Origin: Hydrurus foetidus
Lineage: Eukaryota
DNA length: 56,229 bases
Direction of reading: 5' to 3'
NCBI GenBank assembly: GCA_900617105.1
Contig: UYFQ01000587.1
Coordinates: forward strand, 62,001 to 118,229
Below, piece after piece: positions 24,643-37,617 of this stretch; the first letter of the stretch is position 1, and each line of letters opens with the position of its first letter. A program made the translations under genes and the position numbers. Below the pieces are notes generated by a model. It made no database searches. It was given only the letters and a program-made list of their open reading frames with translations, and was not told the origin of the DNA.

Positions 24643-27600
24643 TTACAGCGCGAATCCAGCCCTTTCAAATCTCTTCTGCAGAGATTGCGTGGTGAGCACT
24701 CCCGCCTCCCCTCGCACCAACCCGTTCTCGTACACGGCCCCCTTAGCGGGGAAAATTTTCGCGAATTGGTTCCTGCCAGTGGTGCCGTCAAAGAATGCCT
24801 CGGGGGTGTAGAGAGATGGCCAGTGCAACTCTACCTCCCTCTCCCTCTCAGTGAACAGCTGGTTGATCAGCACCACTGCACGTCTCGCCTCCTGTTCGTC
24901 ACCTGTTCAGATTGGAGTGAGTCAGGCAGCGTGCTGGTGAGACTAGAGGATAACGAGGAGAGGACTCATAAGTGACAGCGTGTTTGCTGCAGTGTAGTGT
25001 AGTGTTGTGTGTTTTCGTGTCGTCCGCCCACCTATATAGAGCAGGTAGTCGATCAGCCGGATCATGCCGGTAGGAGACGGCCTAACGCGGTGCGCGTTGT
25101 ACATTTCCTAAGACAAGGTAGATGAAACACAAGAGAGCGGTTGAATGGGTGATTGTTGCGATTGTCTCGAGTGAGTTATTCTCTGTCACTTGGCGCAGAA
25201 GCCAAGGGACGGTTGAGCATGAGATGCGGAGACGAAATGAGTTCGTTCATGTGAAATGAGCGATAAGAAGGAGAGTCGGTGGGGGGGATGCTCACCTGCA
25301 CTTTGTCGGTGATCACCGGCACCTCGCTCTGTCCCTTGTGAGCCGCGATGATGTAGCACATGAGGGTGTGCTCCGCTATCATGTTGGACGGCTCCACGCC
25401 TGATCCGAAGAAACGTCAGCAGCAGAGAAGGAGAGGGAGGAAAAGGACAATGAGGAGGAGGTTAGAGTGAGTGCCTGCTGTCTGCCGACTTGATGATCGG
25501 CATTACAGAGGTAACCAGTATTCGTTTGGGGAGATTCATCAATAGCAAGAGTCAGGAGGGCAATGCTCGTGCGACAAGACACACCTTCATTGATCATCAT
25601 CTGTAAGATTTCGTTGAATCTGTCGACTCGGCCTAGAGGGGGCAGAGACAAAAGCAGATGATGGAGTGAGTGCTGGTAGGTAAGGTCAAGTCAGATCAGA
25701 ATGTAAAAGATGGAACGGGATGAGACCTCCCCGCTGTGAGGGTATGAGTGTGGGTAAGAGTTAGGCTGCATCCATCCACTCTCTGTCGCTCTGTCTCTTC
25801 CTCACACTGTCTCACCTCTGACTCCAAAGTACCTCGTGAACCGATCGTAGTACCTCGTAGAGGGGGCTAGGCCGTATCTTCCCGTTAAATCCCTCATGAT
25901 GTCATGCGCCTGTTTCATCTGCTGCACAGACAGGTGCGCACTCAGCATGAAGCGCACCATCCACGGTTTCTTCACCATCTCCTCAGGGTCTCTGGATTCC
26001 AAATCCACGAACTCATTCACGGCATCGAGCATCATATCGGTTGCCTCGGCACGGAACTGCGCCTTTGGGATTTTCCAGACTTCGACAGGCACTCCATAGG
26101 TCAACAACTTGTTGATCTCTGTGTGTGAAGGAAGGACACAGCAACGAGGGAGAGGAGGAGGATAGTGAAGACATGAGGAGGGTCGGCAGGAGGAAGGAGC
26201 AGCAGTCGAGCCGGAAATAGATGGGATGGGATCGGATTAACGGTCAAGGAGACTAGAGCGGTGAAGTGGATTCAACTGCTTCAGGCACATCAGTGCACGT
26301 AGCGACTCTCTGTCGGTGCACGTCTGTGTCTGTGTCTGTGTTTCTCCGGGTGAGCACACATGGCAGTCAAGTCAAGTCAAATCAAGTGAGAGGATAGCGC
26401 CACATCATGTCGTGTCACGTCACGTCAACTTCTAACATGCGGTGCACTGTCAGCCATTTTATGCGATCTTGGCAGAGTAGAGCGCTTTGCAGTTGCGCAC
26501 CTGTGGTTTTTTCCTCCGAGTCGAACCTGCGCCCTGCGAGCATCTTAGTGCGGCGTATGAGCAGAGTCATTATCTGGGCGTGGTGGTCCACTACGAATCC
26601 TCCCCTGCGCACCTCTTGCAGGAGGAAGTCACACAGCGCCCCTAGACAATCAGCATCAGAGAGCGAGTAAGCGAGTGAGTGAGCTTCTTGTCCTTCTCTA
26701 TCATGGACACACTCGCAGACAGACGGGCAGAAAGGCGCACAGACTGCTGAACAGCTCTGTAGTATAACGAGCAGAGGTGTCGCAGCCTAGTCTGGGTCTG
26801 CTTCGTACCTGGATCAGTTCCTCTCCTCCCTGTCAGGCATGTGATGGGCCACTGGGACTTGTTTCTTTTCGCGAATGCGATGGTCTTGGCCGCCCTCCTG
26901 ATGAGGTTGAAGTCCACAGTCGCTCCGATTATGCGCAGACGCTTCAGCAGCAACAAGCACTGGTGGCCGTGCTGCAGTCTGAAAAGGAGGGGGAGGTCGA
27001 GGAAGAGGTGGAGGAGGAGGGAGAAGATGTGGAGCTGGAGGATGAGGGGAATGGCTGTGAATGTCATGAGTGTTTGAGTGCGTGCTTATTTATGTGTGTG
27101 TATATACGGCATGTATGCATGTATATGTATGTATGCATGTACGTATGTATGTATGCTTGCATGTATGCATACATGTATGCATGTACGTATGTATGTATGC
27201 TTGCATGTATGTATGTATACATGTATGTATGTATGTTTGTATACATGTATGTATGTATGTATGTATGTATGCATTTGTGCGTGTATGTATGTATGTAAGT
27301 ATGTATGTACGTATGCATATCTTTCGAGTAATCATGGGAGACTGTTACGGACTGGTCCCAGTGCTGCTATGATGCTCTCCACTTCTAATTCTATTTCTGT
27401 TCTTGATGTCAGTGCTTATTGCGTCTTGATTTCGTTTCGCATTTCTCTACTGTAGACTAAAACGAACAAGGCTACGAGAACAGATCAAGCATCTCCCCCT
27501 CAGTCCTCTCAGTCATTCTATACCACACCACACCGTACCTGCCGTGTGCGCCCAGAAGTGCTCTCAATATCTCAGGGTTGTCCAGTGGAGGGGCGCCTCC

Positions 27601-30600
27601 CATACTCGGGGTATCCTCTGATAAGATGTAGAAAGAGTGAATCGGTTAGGGTCAGTAGTGAGATTGAGCGGAGGAGGGTGGATGAGTGCTTTCTGATTGA
27701 ATATTCAACTTTAAAGCCAGAGAAAGAGAGAAAACAAAAGTCGCAATCAAGAGTGGATGATTAGAGAGAGAGACAGAGAGAGAGACAGAGAGAAAGAGAG
27801 AGAAAACGAAAGTGCCAGAAGTCATTTTGATTGATGGGATGGGTTGGAGAGAATGCGATGTGCGCTGACTGTCAGCGCTGTTCGATTCAAGTTATGGGGC
27901 TAGTCTATTACTAGTCGGGCAGTTCTGCTCTGCTCTGCTCTGTGCTGTCTGCAGTGTTGCGTCGAGCACTAAGGTGCCATGGAATAAATGCGGGTGTGGC
28001 TAATGCCAGGACATGGTAGTGCAGGGTGAGGAACTTCAGTTCAGTACATTGGAGTCACTCTCGCTCTCACCATATTCGTATCTGACCCTTGCGAATTTCT
28101 CTATCGGTTTGATGAAGAAGTCCAGATCGAGATCGCCTGCGAGGGAGATGCAGTTGGTTAGATTGGAAGTCAAGTCAAGTCAAGTGGAGTGCAGCATAGC
28201 AAGAGTGAGTGTCTGATAAATCTCGTGAGGGCTTTATGCGCGCTGCACTTGAAAAGAGAAAAAGAAATGAAACACAAGATAACAGAAGAGAAGGAAACAG
28301 GAGATAAGAAATGGTACCCAGCAAACGCCCAATAGCTGTAGTATAGAATGCTCAATCGCTACAACATACGGAATGATGCAGTAGGTGCATATCTGAATAA
28401 CGGCTGGACTGGACTATGCAATTGGGCGAGGACTTACTGAGCACGTCTATGGCGCATCTCGTGATGAGTGCGTAGCTATCGGGCAGCGCGGACAGGTGGC
28501 ATCCCATGCTGTGGCGCGTTGCAGCAGAGGGCGCGGAGAAGACAAATGAGGAGAAGAGGAGATGTGGGTGCATGTCAGTGATAGCGATAATGAGGTGACG
28601 TAAAGGTGGTGGCGTATATGGCAACGACAAGAGGCTTGACAGGTAGAGCAGAAGACAGGAGAGGGAAGATGGAGAGCGGACTCACTTTCCCTCCATCACG
28701 ATGTCGTATGCTTTCTTCAGGGACTCCTGGTCCGGATTCTTGTGGTCGCACAGGATGCGCACTAAAGAGTGGGACACCTGCCGTCAAGAAGAATAGAGAG
28801 CCGTGGAGAGATGGACACAAGTTAGGCGCACCGGTTGCATGAGGAAGAAGGAGAGGAGACGAGTCGTGCAGCGGATGGAGAGTAATTGAGATCATGTAAA
28901 TGTCGGGTGAGGTGGAATGCTGATACAGTTCGACACGACATAATGCAACATGAGTCAGCGGCCTGGTTGATCTGCTCCAACATGTGTTCTCACCTCGGCT
29001 GAGTTCACCATGTCGACGGGCTGCGCGTTCAGGACACTTTCTGCAGCTTCGAACGCGATGCACCAGTCGAAGTCATACAGCGGTCTCTAAGGTGACAATG
29101 TATGACGTGACACAACGCAAAACGGGTACGAAGTCAGTCAATCGGTCAGATTGACAGACACAGAGTTAGGCAACATTTCGAAAGTTAAGAAGAGGTGGTT
29201 CGAAGGAAAACGCGATTGATGTGGAAGGAGGACAGAGGGCAAAGGGGTAGAGGTCCTGAGAGTATGCGAGTCACAAAGAATTCAAATGAGCTGAGTGGGT
29301 GAGTGAATGACTGACCTCCATGTATCGGTTGAAGTGCACTTCGGAGTGGTAGGGGCGCACGAAAGATCCGATCCAAGCTGCAAGGAAGTGACGGTCCGAG
29401 TTGATGCCTTTCTCTACCCCCCACTGCTGCAGCCGTGCGGCCAGCTGGTTGACCGCTTCAATGTGCGCCTTGAGTCTCCTCACATTGCAGAATCTGTTCC
29501 GCTGTGTCAGCTCTCCGGTCTCCAGTCCTTCAGCTTCCCTGAGAGCGTGCTTCTCTGACAACTCCTTCAGGCACACTGGCTTGTCTTCGGGTCCGGGGCT
29601 GAGGGCGGACACGTAGTGCTGGAAGAACATGGGGTCATTCGGCATGCTCTCGGCTGTGTGCGGTCGGAACAGGTAAGCAGCTCGCAGCGGTGGTGAGAAG
29701 CCAGAGGCAGTGAGAATATCGCACAGTAACTCACCCACGAACTTGTCGTTCTCGACTGGACATGCGAGATGTGGAAGTGGAGTGCGAAGAGATATTCATC
29801 AGGAAGTGCGGGATAATGCGAGTAGTGCGGACAGGTGATGATCATCTGCACGCATGTCACGAGTCACCCTGCCCTGCCCACGGTTTTCATCATCCTGCCC
29901 AACCGCCCAACCCACAATGGATGATAAGGCGATCCGGAGAATTAAGAGTCCTTCTCCGCTCGTCTGTTCTCTTTTCTTCACTCGTTGAACGTACGTACCT
30001 TTGCTGAAGGTGGATTGCCTGTGGGTGCTCTCAAGGAAATCATCCAGTTGCTTGAGCAGGTCCTCGGTGTGCACCTCCCCGTAGAGACCGCCCGCCATGC
30101 GACACACGATGCGCTTGAGAGTTCTACGCACTGTCTCTTCCGACCTCCTCGCAGTCGAGGCCAGCACCGTACAGCCACTACTGCTCGTGTGTGTGGGGTG
30201 ATGACTGATGGAGTTGAGACTTCCTTGCGAGGCGAGCTCCTTGGCGGATGCGCGGCAGTTGTTGCCGAAAGTGTCGAAGTCCTCCACGCGGACAGGAGCA
30301 TCCGGCATAGCGGGGCTGTAGTAGTTATCCTCTTCCGCATCCGCATCTTGGTCGGTCTTGTCCCAGGTACTCTTTGAAGCGGCGACCAGCTGACTGCGAC
30401 CAATTGCATTTTTTTTCAGGGGTTTCGGAGTCAAATCAACTTCCACTGGTTCAGGTGCAAATTTGGAGTAGTCCACATCGATGCCGATGGTATGACGTAC
30501 GCCTTCCTCTCTCGTGTCACCTAGCTCGAGCAGGCGATCTATGGGGAACGAAGAAGGGAGAGAAGAGACAGTGGCGGGGGAGGGGGAACGAGCGCAGTGC

Positions 30601-33374
30601 GTTTCTTCCTTCTTGAGATCACTTTTCAAGTCGCGAAGCAAGCCGGCTAGCATGTTGAATCGCTTTCCATCGCTCTTCTCAGAGACGACACCCTCACTGT
30701 GACCCTCTTGACCTCTGCCTATGAACTCCCCATAGATTTGGAACGCTTTCGCCTTGCACGTGAGATGCACCTGTTCCCCTGACTGCCCCCCTTTGGAGGA
30801 GGGGATGTGTCTCATGTTGGAGCTAGCAGTGTAGGCAGCGGACCAGAAGCTGGTTCGCAGAGCGTGGATCTCCTCGTCCAGAGCTCCAAGCTGTGCCCTA
30901 CTGCGGATGACATCGTTTGCCCCTCTTCCCTGCAATATTCGAAACACATTCGTATTAGCGCTGCAAACTAGTTGGATCGGATTGGATGCGCTTTGGTGCT
31001 CTCGCTCAACATGTATGCAGAGAGGCCGTCTAGCTTTACGATGAAGACGATGACAGAGGCGGAGCTGGTTCTTGTATATCAGCTGAATATAGCTATAGAT
31101 GTATGCACAGCTCGAAAGATCTCTATCTCTCTCGCTCTCTCCTTCCCTCTGCTTCGGTGGGTGGATGGATGTCATAGCATCAGCCAGTGTTGGATCATGC
31201 CCTCTACCTTCACTGAGGCACCGTACCGTACGTCAGATGATAGAGCCCTCTCTTTCGTGGACACCACCGTGTCCATCTGTAGCGTCTGTCAGAACTGATG
31301 TCACGTGCTCATCATTACGTCCTGTCCTGTCCTGTCCTATTCTATTCTATTCTCTATCTCCTCAACTCGCACCATCTTTAATCACATTGCACGAGATCAC
31401 ATCACATCATATCACATGGCATGGCATCGCATCACCTTACATTACTTTACATCACTTTACATTATATCACATCGCATGACATGGCGTCACCTGAGCAGTC
31501 CGCAGTCCCGACCCCATGGTTGCATCCATGGCGTCTGCTCCCTGCCTTGAAGATATTATCCGCCTCTCGTACTCCTTAAAAGTGCGATCAAAGAGATTGC
31601 ACACTAATGCAGGTGCCAGAGATGGTGGGAGCGAGGACAGGACAGGACAGGCATTAGTGACTAGCCGGTAGCTATTGCCAGGTAGGTGCATTTTAAAAGC
31701 AAAGAGAGTAAGCAAAGCAGGGGAATGCGTGATTCGATGGCAATCGACTGACCAGTAATGAGCGCAGGAAGGTTGGTTTTGTTTTTCCTCTCTATGTAGC
31801 TGTGATACACTGACAGGACGCAGCGATAATATTCTGCTGAGTTGTCCCACGCCTACATTAATAAAGAAAATAAATGAAAATTGATATCGCTCTGCAAATC
31901 AATCTAGGACAGGGCAAACAAAAGCAAAAGAAGTTATGGAGCGATTGGATTAGATGGCGTGCATTCTGCTCTGCTCTGCTGTCTTGTGTTGGTTAATAAA
32001 AATAAAATAAAATCACGTCCGACACAAGATGACCGACGGGCTTCAAGAATACTAGAGTAACGGTGAGTAAGTTGTTTGTAATGTGGTGCTGAGGGGTATG
32101 GACACCGCCTAAGTGACCAATTGACTCACATTTTGGTGCATGAGTGCAGTTATCTTGAGCGTGAAGGCGATCTCGGGGAGGTCCTCGCTGTCCGCTATTT
32201 CCCTTAGCATCTCCGTGAGGTCGGACCTCGAAATCTTAAACCCATTCTCAGTAAGGTTCGTCTGCAATGTGCATGTCGATTAGTCACAGATAAAGATGAG
32301 ATGCAGGTCAGTTAGAGAGGGTCCCTAGAATGGCGACTCCCCTCCAGGTTGGTGTTCAGTTCAGTTCAGTTCTGGCGAATCGGAAGGCAGCAAGCAAATG
32401 TGACAGGCAGTGTCCACTCAAACCAATGCAGTTATGAAACAGTTTTGTACTGCAACATCAGATGTCTGAGAGAAGGTATGTGATTCAAGCAGGACGGAGT
32501 TGTCGTATTCACCCAGAGAGTTAGCGCGTCCGCGGTGCTGTGTCGGAGCATCTTACGGATTCCAAATGCAGCCAACTTATCAAATTCGTACGATGAAGAG
32601 CGACGAGAGTCCTATCAGTAATTATATCGAATTAGTGGGACTATTCAACGTTTGAAGTTTGATTATCCAAAAGCTTGCTTTCGACTTCATGTAGTGATGC
32701 TGAAAGCGCTGCTGTGCCGTCAAGATGAACGAGACAGGACCAATGACCACCTTCGAGTTTTCTTGAATTAATTTGAGTAGAACCTCCATAATGTGGGCCT
32801 CTCTCCGCCCTGCTAAAACCTCCACTGGAAAATTGCAAAAGAGATCGTTTCAGTTTTTCGTCGGATATGGGGGTAAAGAACGCATGACGCTGGCAGGATC
32901 ACACTCCAAGCACATCATCATGTGGCGACATTATGCAGCTTATCATTATCCTCTGTTAGGCAGCATCTCTCCGCGTATAATGAGAGCGTTCAGTAATCAG
33001 TGTTATCACGTAAACTCCCGCTTACCTGCATCAAAAAGAAAGCTTGTTGGGATGGTAGCACCACCTTCAGCCAGCTCTTTCATGTCCTTAACAATCATTG
33101 TTGACAAAATCTCTCCACTGCGGAACCCATTGCTGAGTCTGTTGATCCTTACTTGAAAACCTGCCTGGGACAATGCTCCCTCTGCCAACTGGTGGTCATC
33201 ATGATTTTCATCTAATCCAGCTAAAGCGTTTGTCGAAAAGTGGCGCCGGAAGCCAAAGTTGCTAGAGTATCTCTCACAGCAGTAAAGTAATGCGTTTGCA
33301 AAGGCTTTCCTTTGTCTTTGCTCGACCAGAGCCAGACTCTTTTGCTTCGATGCAGATTTAAGGATAGCTCTCAT
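24643..33374 (-). CDS. Long multi-exon helical-repeat (PPR-like) protein, probably mitochondrial
   Basis: About 20 minus-strand exons join in phase; some middle boundaries are uncertain. The N-terminus MRAILKSASK...NFGFRRHFSTNA resembles a mitochondrial presequence. The C-terminal half has PPR-like units: ILRALLGAHGRLQHGHQCLLLLKRLRIIGATVD, MKQAHDIMRDLTGRYGLAPSTRYY, GRVDRFNEILQMMINEGVEPS, VQEMYNAHRVRPSPTGMIRLIDYLLYIGDEQEARR. Confidence 0.7.
27111..27316. repeat. (GTAT/GCAT)n microsatellite, intronic
   Basis: Degenerate gtat array that explains several spurious ORFs. Confidence 0.9.
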
Positions 33375-34446
33375 GATTTCGACCTCCCTAAAAGTCACTC
33401 TAAAACCCTCTCCAGGAGTGGATGGAAAATATTCAGCTACACATTACTATTATGCTTTGACGCGAATCGCGTTCTTGAAGAGATCCATGACCTCTCCTTT
33501 GCTTTGCAAACCTTAATGCAGTTTCTTTCAAGCTCTGCTCTCCATCAGACCGAACTACTCCAGTACTAGTAAGTATGCTACAGTACGTACGGTTATCGTC
33601 CGTGCATCCTGTTGTCACGCTACCGTACAGTGGAGAGTGGAGTATAGAGGCTCCGTAGCACCGCGGCATAGTGCATCACTCTATACGCTACGTTGTTGGA
33701 ATTCTGGTAGCCATTTGAGATTCAGCTAAAATTGAGCTTTCCGCATTGCCTTTATAAAACACGCCGATTTCACCTATCATATTTGAGGTCATTTTAGTTG
33801 AATGAGGAAGTAGGAATAGATTAGAACTGTACTCCAACAAGGCGCGAAATATCTGCATCTGGAGATTCGTCGATCTACTGGGAATATTTTTTGCCAGCGC
33901 AAAATGATACTTCTCCTCTGAAAATCACGAAACTGTACTAATAAACGTTATTCAATTTACGTTATCGTTAATAGAATATATGATACTATTTCACACTCAG
34001 CGGTTGGGTATCTAGACACCATTTTATGCGGGGTAATATTTGCTCCCTCACTTGAAATAAAAGTGTGATTGAACTTCTATCATACAGAATTTTCTGTGAA
34101 CAACATCGTCGCGAATTATTTTTGTCCTGTTATATACGTCACAGGAGGTGCTACCAATAATGGTCTGGAGGAATGTAGATCGAGATGCTATTGTAACCAC
34201 AATTAAGTGCTACGATCATCGACAGGAGGAGCGAGCTGTACGCTGGGGACATCAGGGGAGAATAAATATACTTGAGTATGATAATGAAAATAAAGTGTTG
34301 CAATCCCATGAAAAAAGTCAGTTTTCTGGATATTTCATGTCAAAAATGTTAGGTGCATTTCTCGACTTCTTTCATTTGATCGATCAATCTCATCTGAAAT
34401 TATCAGCTCAGAGCTTTCATTTTCTTTCATAACACGTTGTATTAAA

Positions 34447-35437
34447 ATGATACATGCTGTCATCGTCCTCGCGGCCTGTGGAAGCGCTCTGTCCTTCACA
34501 ATTCCTTCGGCATGTAGAGCGAGACTATCATCAACTTTGCAAGCAAAGTCAAAAAGTGTCCCGTTCCTGGAGCAACCTACTGCATTAAAAGGTATTACGC
34601 AAAGCATTTGATACGGGTGACTCAGATATCCATGATGTAGCAGACACTTAAGATTAGTTGGACAGAAACTCTTTAAAACCGTTTGTCTATATCTACAGGT
34701 AAGCTACCGGGAGATGTCGGCTTTGATCCAGTGGGATTCACCGACATGTGGGCTGACGTAAGTCTGCTACTTAGCGATCTTCATCCTAAAAAGGTGAGCA
34801 CGAATCTAAGCGCAAAATTTATTCTTCACATTAACAGAAAGATTGGAGCCAACAAATAGTTCCTGACAGCTGGCTTGAAAGCGCCGAGAGGAAACCCATC
34901 ACTACTTTAGAATGGATGAGAGAAGCCGAGCTAAAGCATGGTCGTTTGAGTATGCTCGCATTCCTCGGATGGGTCGCTGTAGATTCCGGACTCCGTATTC
35001 CTGGCCTGGGTTATGAGTCTATTCCTTCTTCTTTTGTCGCACATGATGCTGCTGTCGCGAACGGATCGATGGGGTAAGTCAAATCAACATAAATGCATCT
35101 CCCAATTTGCGAATAGATGTGTAAACAATATTCTGACTCTCCGATAATACATACATGCATCGCTCAACCGCTGCTCTCATTCTTCAGCCTTCTATTACTC
35201 GCTGTTGGAATTCTTGAGATAGTCGGCGGTGCTGCTATTTTTGATCAAGCCAAGGGATCTGGCCGTGAGTCTGGTGATTTTCTATTTGATCCATTGAATC
35301 TCGGAATCGATAAATACAGGAAAGAGAGATATGCGGTGTCGGAGATCAAAAATGGTCGCCTGGCCATGCTTGCTATCTCCGGTATTCTCACCCAACAAGC
35401 TGTCTTTCCAGACTTGAAATTTCCGTTCATACAGTAG
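34447..35437 (+). CDS. LHCR: Light-harvesting chlorophyll a/c-fucoxanthin binding protein, Lhcr (red-lineage, PSI-type) subfamily
   Basis: Exons 34447-34591, 34699-34757, 34838-35073, 35188-35437. Signal peptide with ALS-FTIP; motifs SKSVPFLEQP...GDVGFDPVGF, WMREAELKHGRLSMLA, GDFLFDPLNL and EIKNGRLAMLAISG. Confidence 0.93.
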
Positions 35438-36026
35438 TCTCGTTTTCAATTGTCGCGACCTCCTCGCTATCAGTGACATGTAACATGATGCGACTTTTAT
35501 CTCATGCATGATGTCATTACGATGAATTTCTAATTACTAAAATTGTCAAGGGAGCATCCCGCTGGAAACTACAAATGTTTTTATTTGAAAAGCAATAAGC
35601 CACGCTACGAGGCCAAATATGCATTCCTCCGAAGTTGGTTTATATTCAATTGATAAGAAGTTCTTGCCCAACATGCAACATGCATAAGACGTGAAAAATT
35701 GCTCTGACACTTCACTTAGACACGGCGGGACATAGGACAGCACGTGTACGTACGCCGCGTGCACGAACATTCTTCGGCATGCATGCAGCATGCATGACAT
35801 GATTCATTGCTGTTGAAGTCCTTTGTAGGTGTCTACTGCTACCTGCAAGATTCTCCGTCGGAGCCAGCTCGCTACTGGACCCTATTGGAGCACTCTCGAC
35901 GAAAACTTTTTTCTTCACAATCTGTGTAACAAGCCCCCAACGTATAGGTGCAGCAGCTTGAGGATTTTTTAATTGGCAGAATTCGACGAGATACCTGTGT
36001 TCTGCGCGACTCCAGCTGACTTCTAT

Positions 36027-36732
36027 ATGCCGCAAGATTCCAACCTCGGGTCTTTTACCAGTCCTTCAGCGACGATGAAAGCGAGCAACTTTCATGTCGT
36101 TGATGATAAGGCAGTTATAGATATATTGAAACAGACCATTGATATGGGTTGCCATTTCATCACAGTCATGGGTGGGCTCATACTTATCGCTGGTGTCGCA
36201 ATTGCATCATTTGACTTGATTAAGTCAGTCGTGAACGACATATTTGGTACAGAGTATTCCATGATAATGTCTTCTTATAAGCGGAAACAATTACCAGCAA
36301 CTTTTTCAAGAGTTCGTAAACAACTAGGTAAAGTTTCAAGACAGCATTGATTGCAGCTCTTCTGGCCACGAGGGCATCAGAAACGTTCCCATATGCCATC
36401 GCGATAATTACGTCTCGTCACTGAATATTTTTGGATTTTCATGCGTGAATTTTTAGGTGAGATGACAGCATTTGGTCTTGAAGTGCTCGTGGTTAGCGAC
36501 ATACTAGAAACGTTGGTCAAAGGTATAGTTTCGTCTCACATAAATACAAAATCTTTCACAGAACGTCTCTTATCCTCATTATATTTACTGAATCGAAGGT
36601 GTTGATGGATACTCATACGAAACACTTGGAAAGATAGCAGCAGTTGCAACGTTCCGAACGGTTCTCGCATATTTTCTAGCCAAGGATTATAGATCACAGA
36701 ATGCAGAAGAACTGACAGAAAAAAAGATATGA
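36027..36732 (+). CDS. DUF1622-family small membrane protein
   Basis: Exons 36027-36327, 36457-36522, 36599-36732 give RVRKQLGEMTAFGLEVLVVSDILETLVK...LGKIAAVATFRTVLAYFLAKD. This matches the DUF1622 pattern R..LG...GLE.LV.ADI..T...RT.L.YFL..E. The start codon is uncertain. Confidence 0.8.
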
Positions 36733-37617
36733 GCAATTCGTTACCAAAATACTGAAATTGCGAAATGGAACATTTGTCTGATAGCGTGCTGTATATTGTG
36801 ATAACCATGTTTCTCCACCTCGTAGCTCAGGCTGCTAAGCTTCAGCATGGGGATGAATTGTGTCTCGTACCCACTGAATCTATATTTATTTATAAAGTAA
36901 ATTATTCGCAATAAATTTTGTCCAACGCTCAGTCGCTGTTGTGTCCGATTTAGAGGAAAAAGAAATATGAAGTGAATGCACCTAGTTTATGCTCTCGAAT
37001 TTCTCCGAAACTGGAAATGAATTGGAGAGCCAACTGGACAACTCTTGATCTTCTCCAGTAAATGCGTCACTCTCAGAAGTGGTGCAGCGAAGCCGTTCCG
37101 GGTGCTGCCGCTTACCTGCAGGATAACGACCAAGTAATGTGTCGATCACACAAGACAGGGTGTGCAGATCTTCGCCGTTAAGTGCAGCCAGCCGGACTCC
37201 ACTTCATGACTTCTCTTGCATCCCTGGTTATACTTGCTGCTACAGCCTTCGCCTTAAGCGCTAAGTCTCTTCCTATCACTCTTCAATGACTTTTCAATAT
37301 CTATCATTCAGTCCATGCGAGATGGCCAACTAAAAGCTCTCCCTTTCGAGCGCTGTTATGTCCATCCTGCCCTCTTCCATCCCCATCGTCCAGAGAGACG
37401 CATGTCTCTCTGTAGATGTCATCCAGCAAAAGCGGAGAAAATAATAGTTGTGTTCTGACAGAACGACCGCACCCTGGACCCGTCTCATCACGCATCGACT
37501 GTACGCGAACATGAAGATCGTACGTGCATGTATCTAAGTGGCACTGCTTCCCGCTACATGATACGAGAGGATTTCAAGTCGCTAAACTAAAGTACAGGAT
37601 CTCCTCCAATCCATTTC

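Noticed and set aside
27064..27455. Cluster of overlapping MYVC/HTYI ORFs
   Set aside because: Artefacts of the (GTAT)n microsatellite; the same applies to the CTVLY (17510) and FIYL (17967) ORFs.
33433..34432. Short ORFs between the PPR-like and Lhcr genes
   Set aside because: AT-rich divergent intergenic region whose ORFs have no recognisable features.
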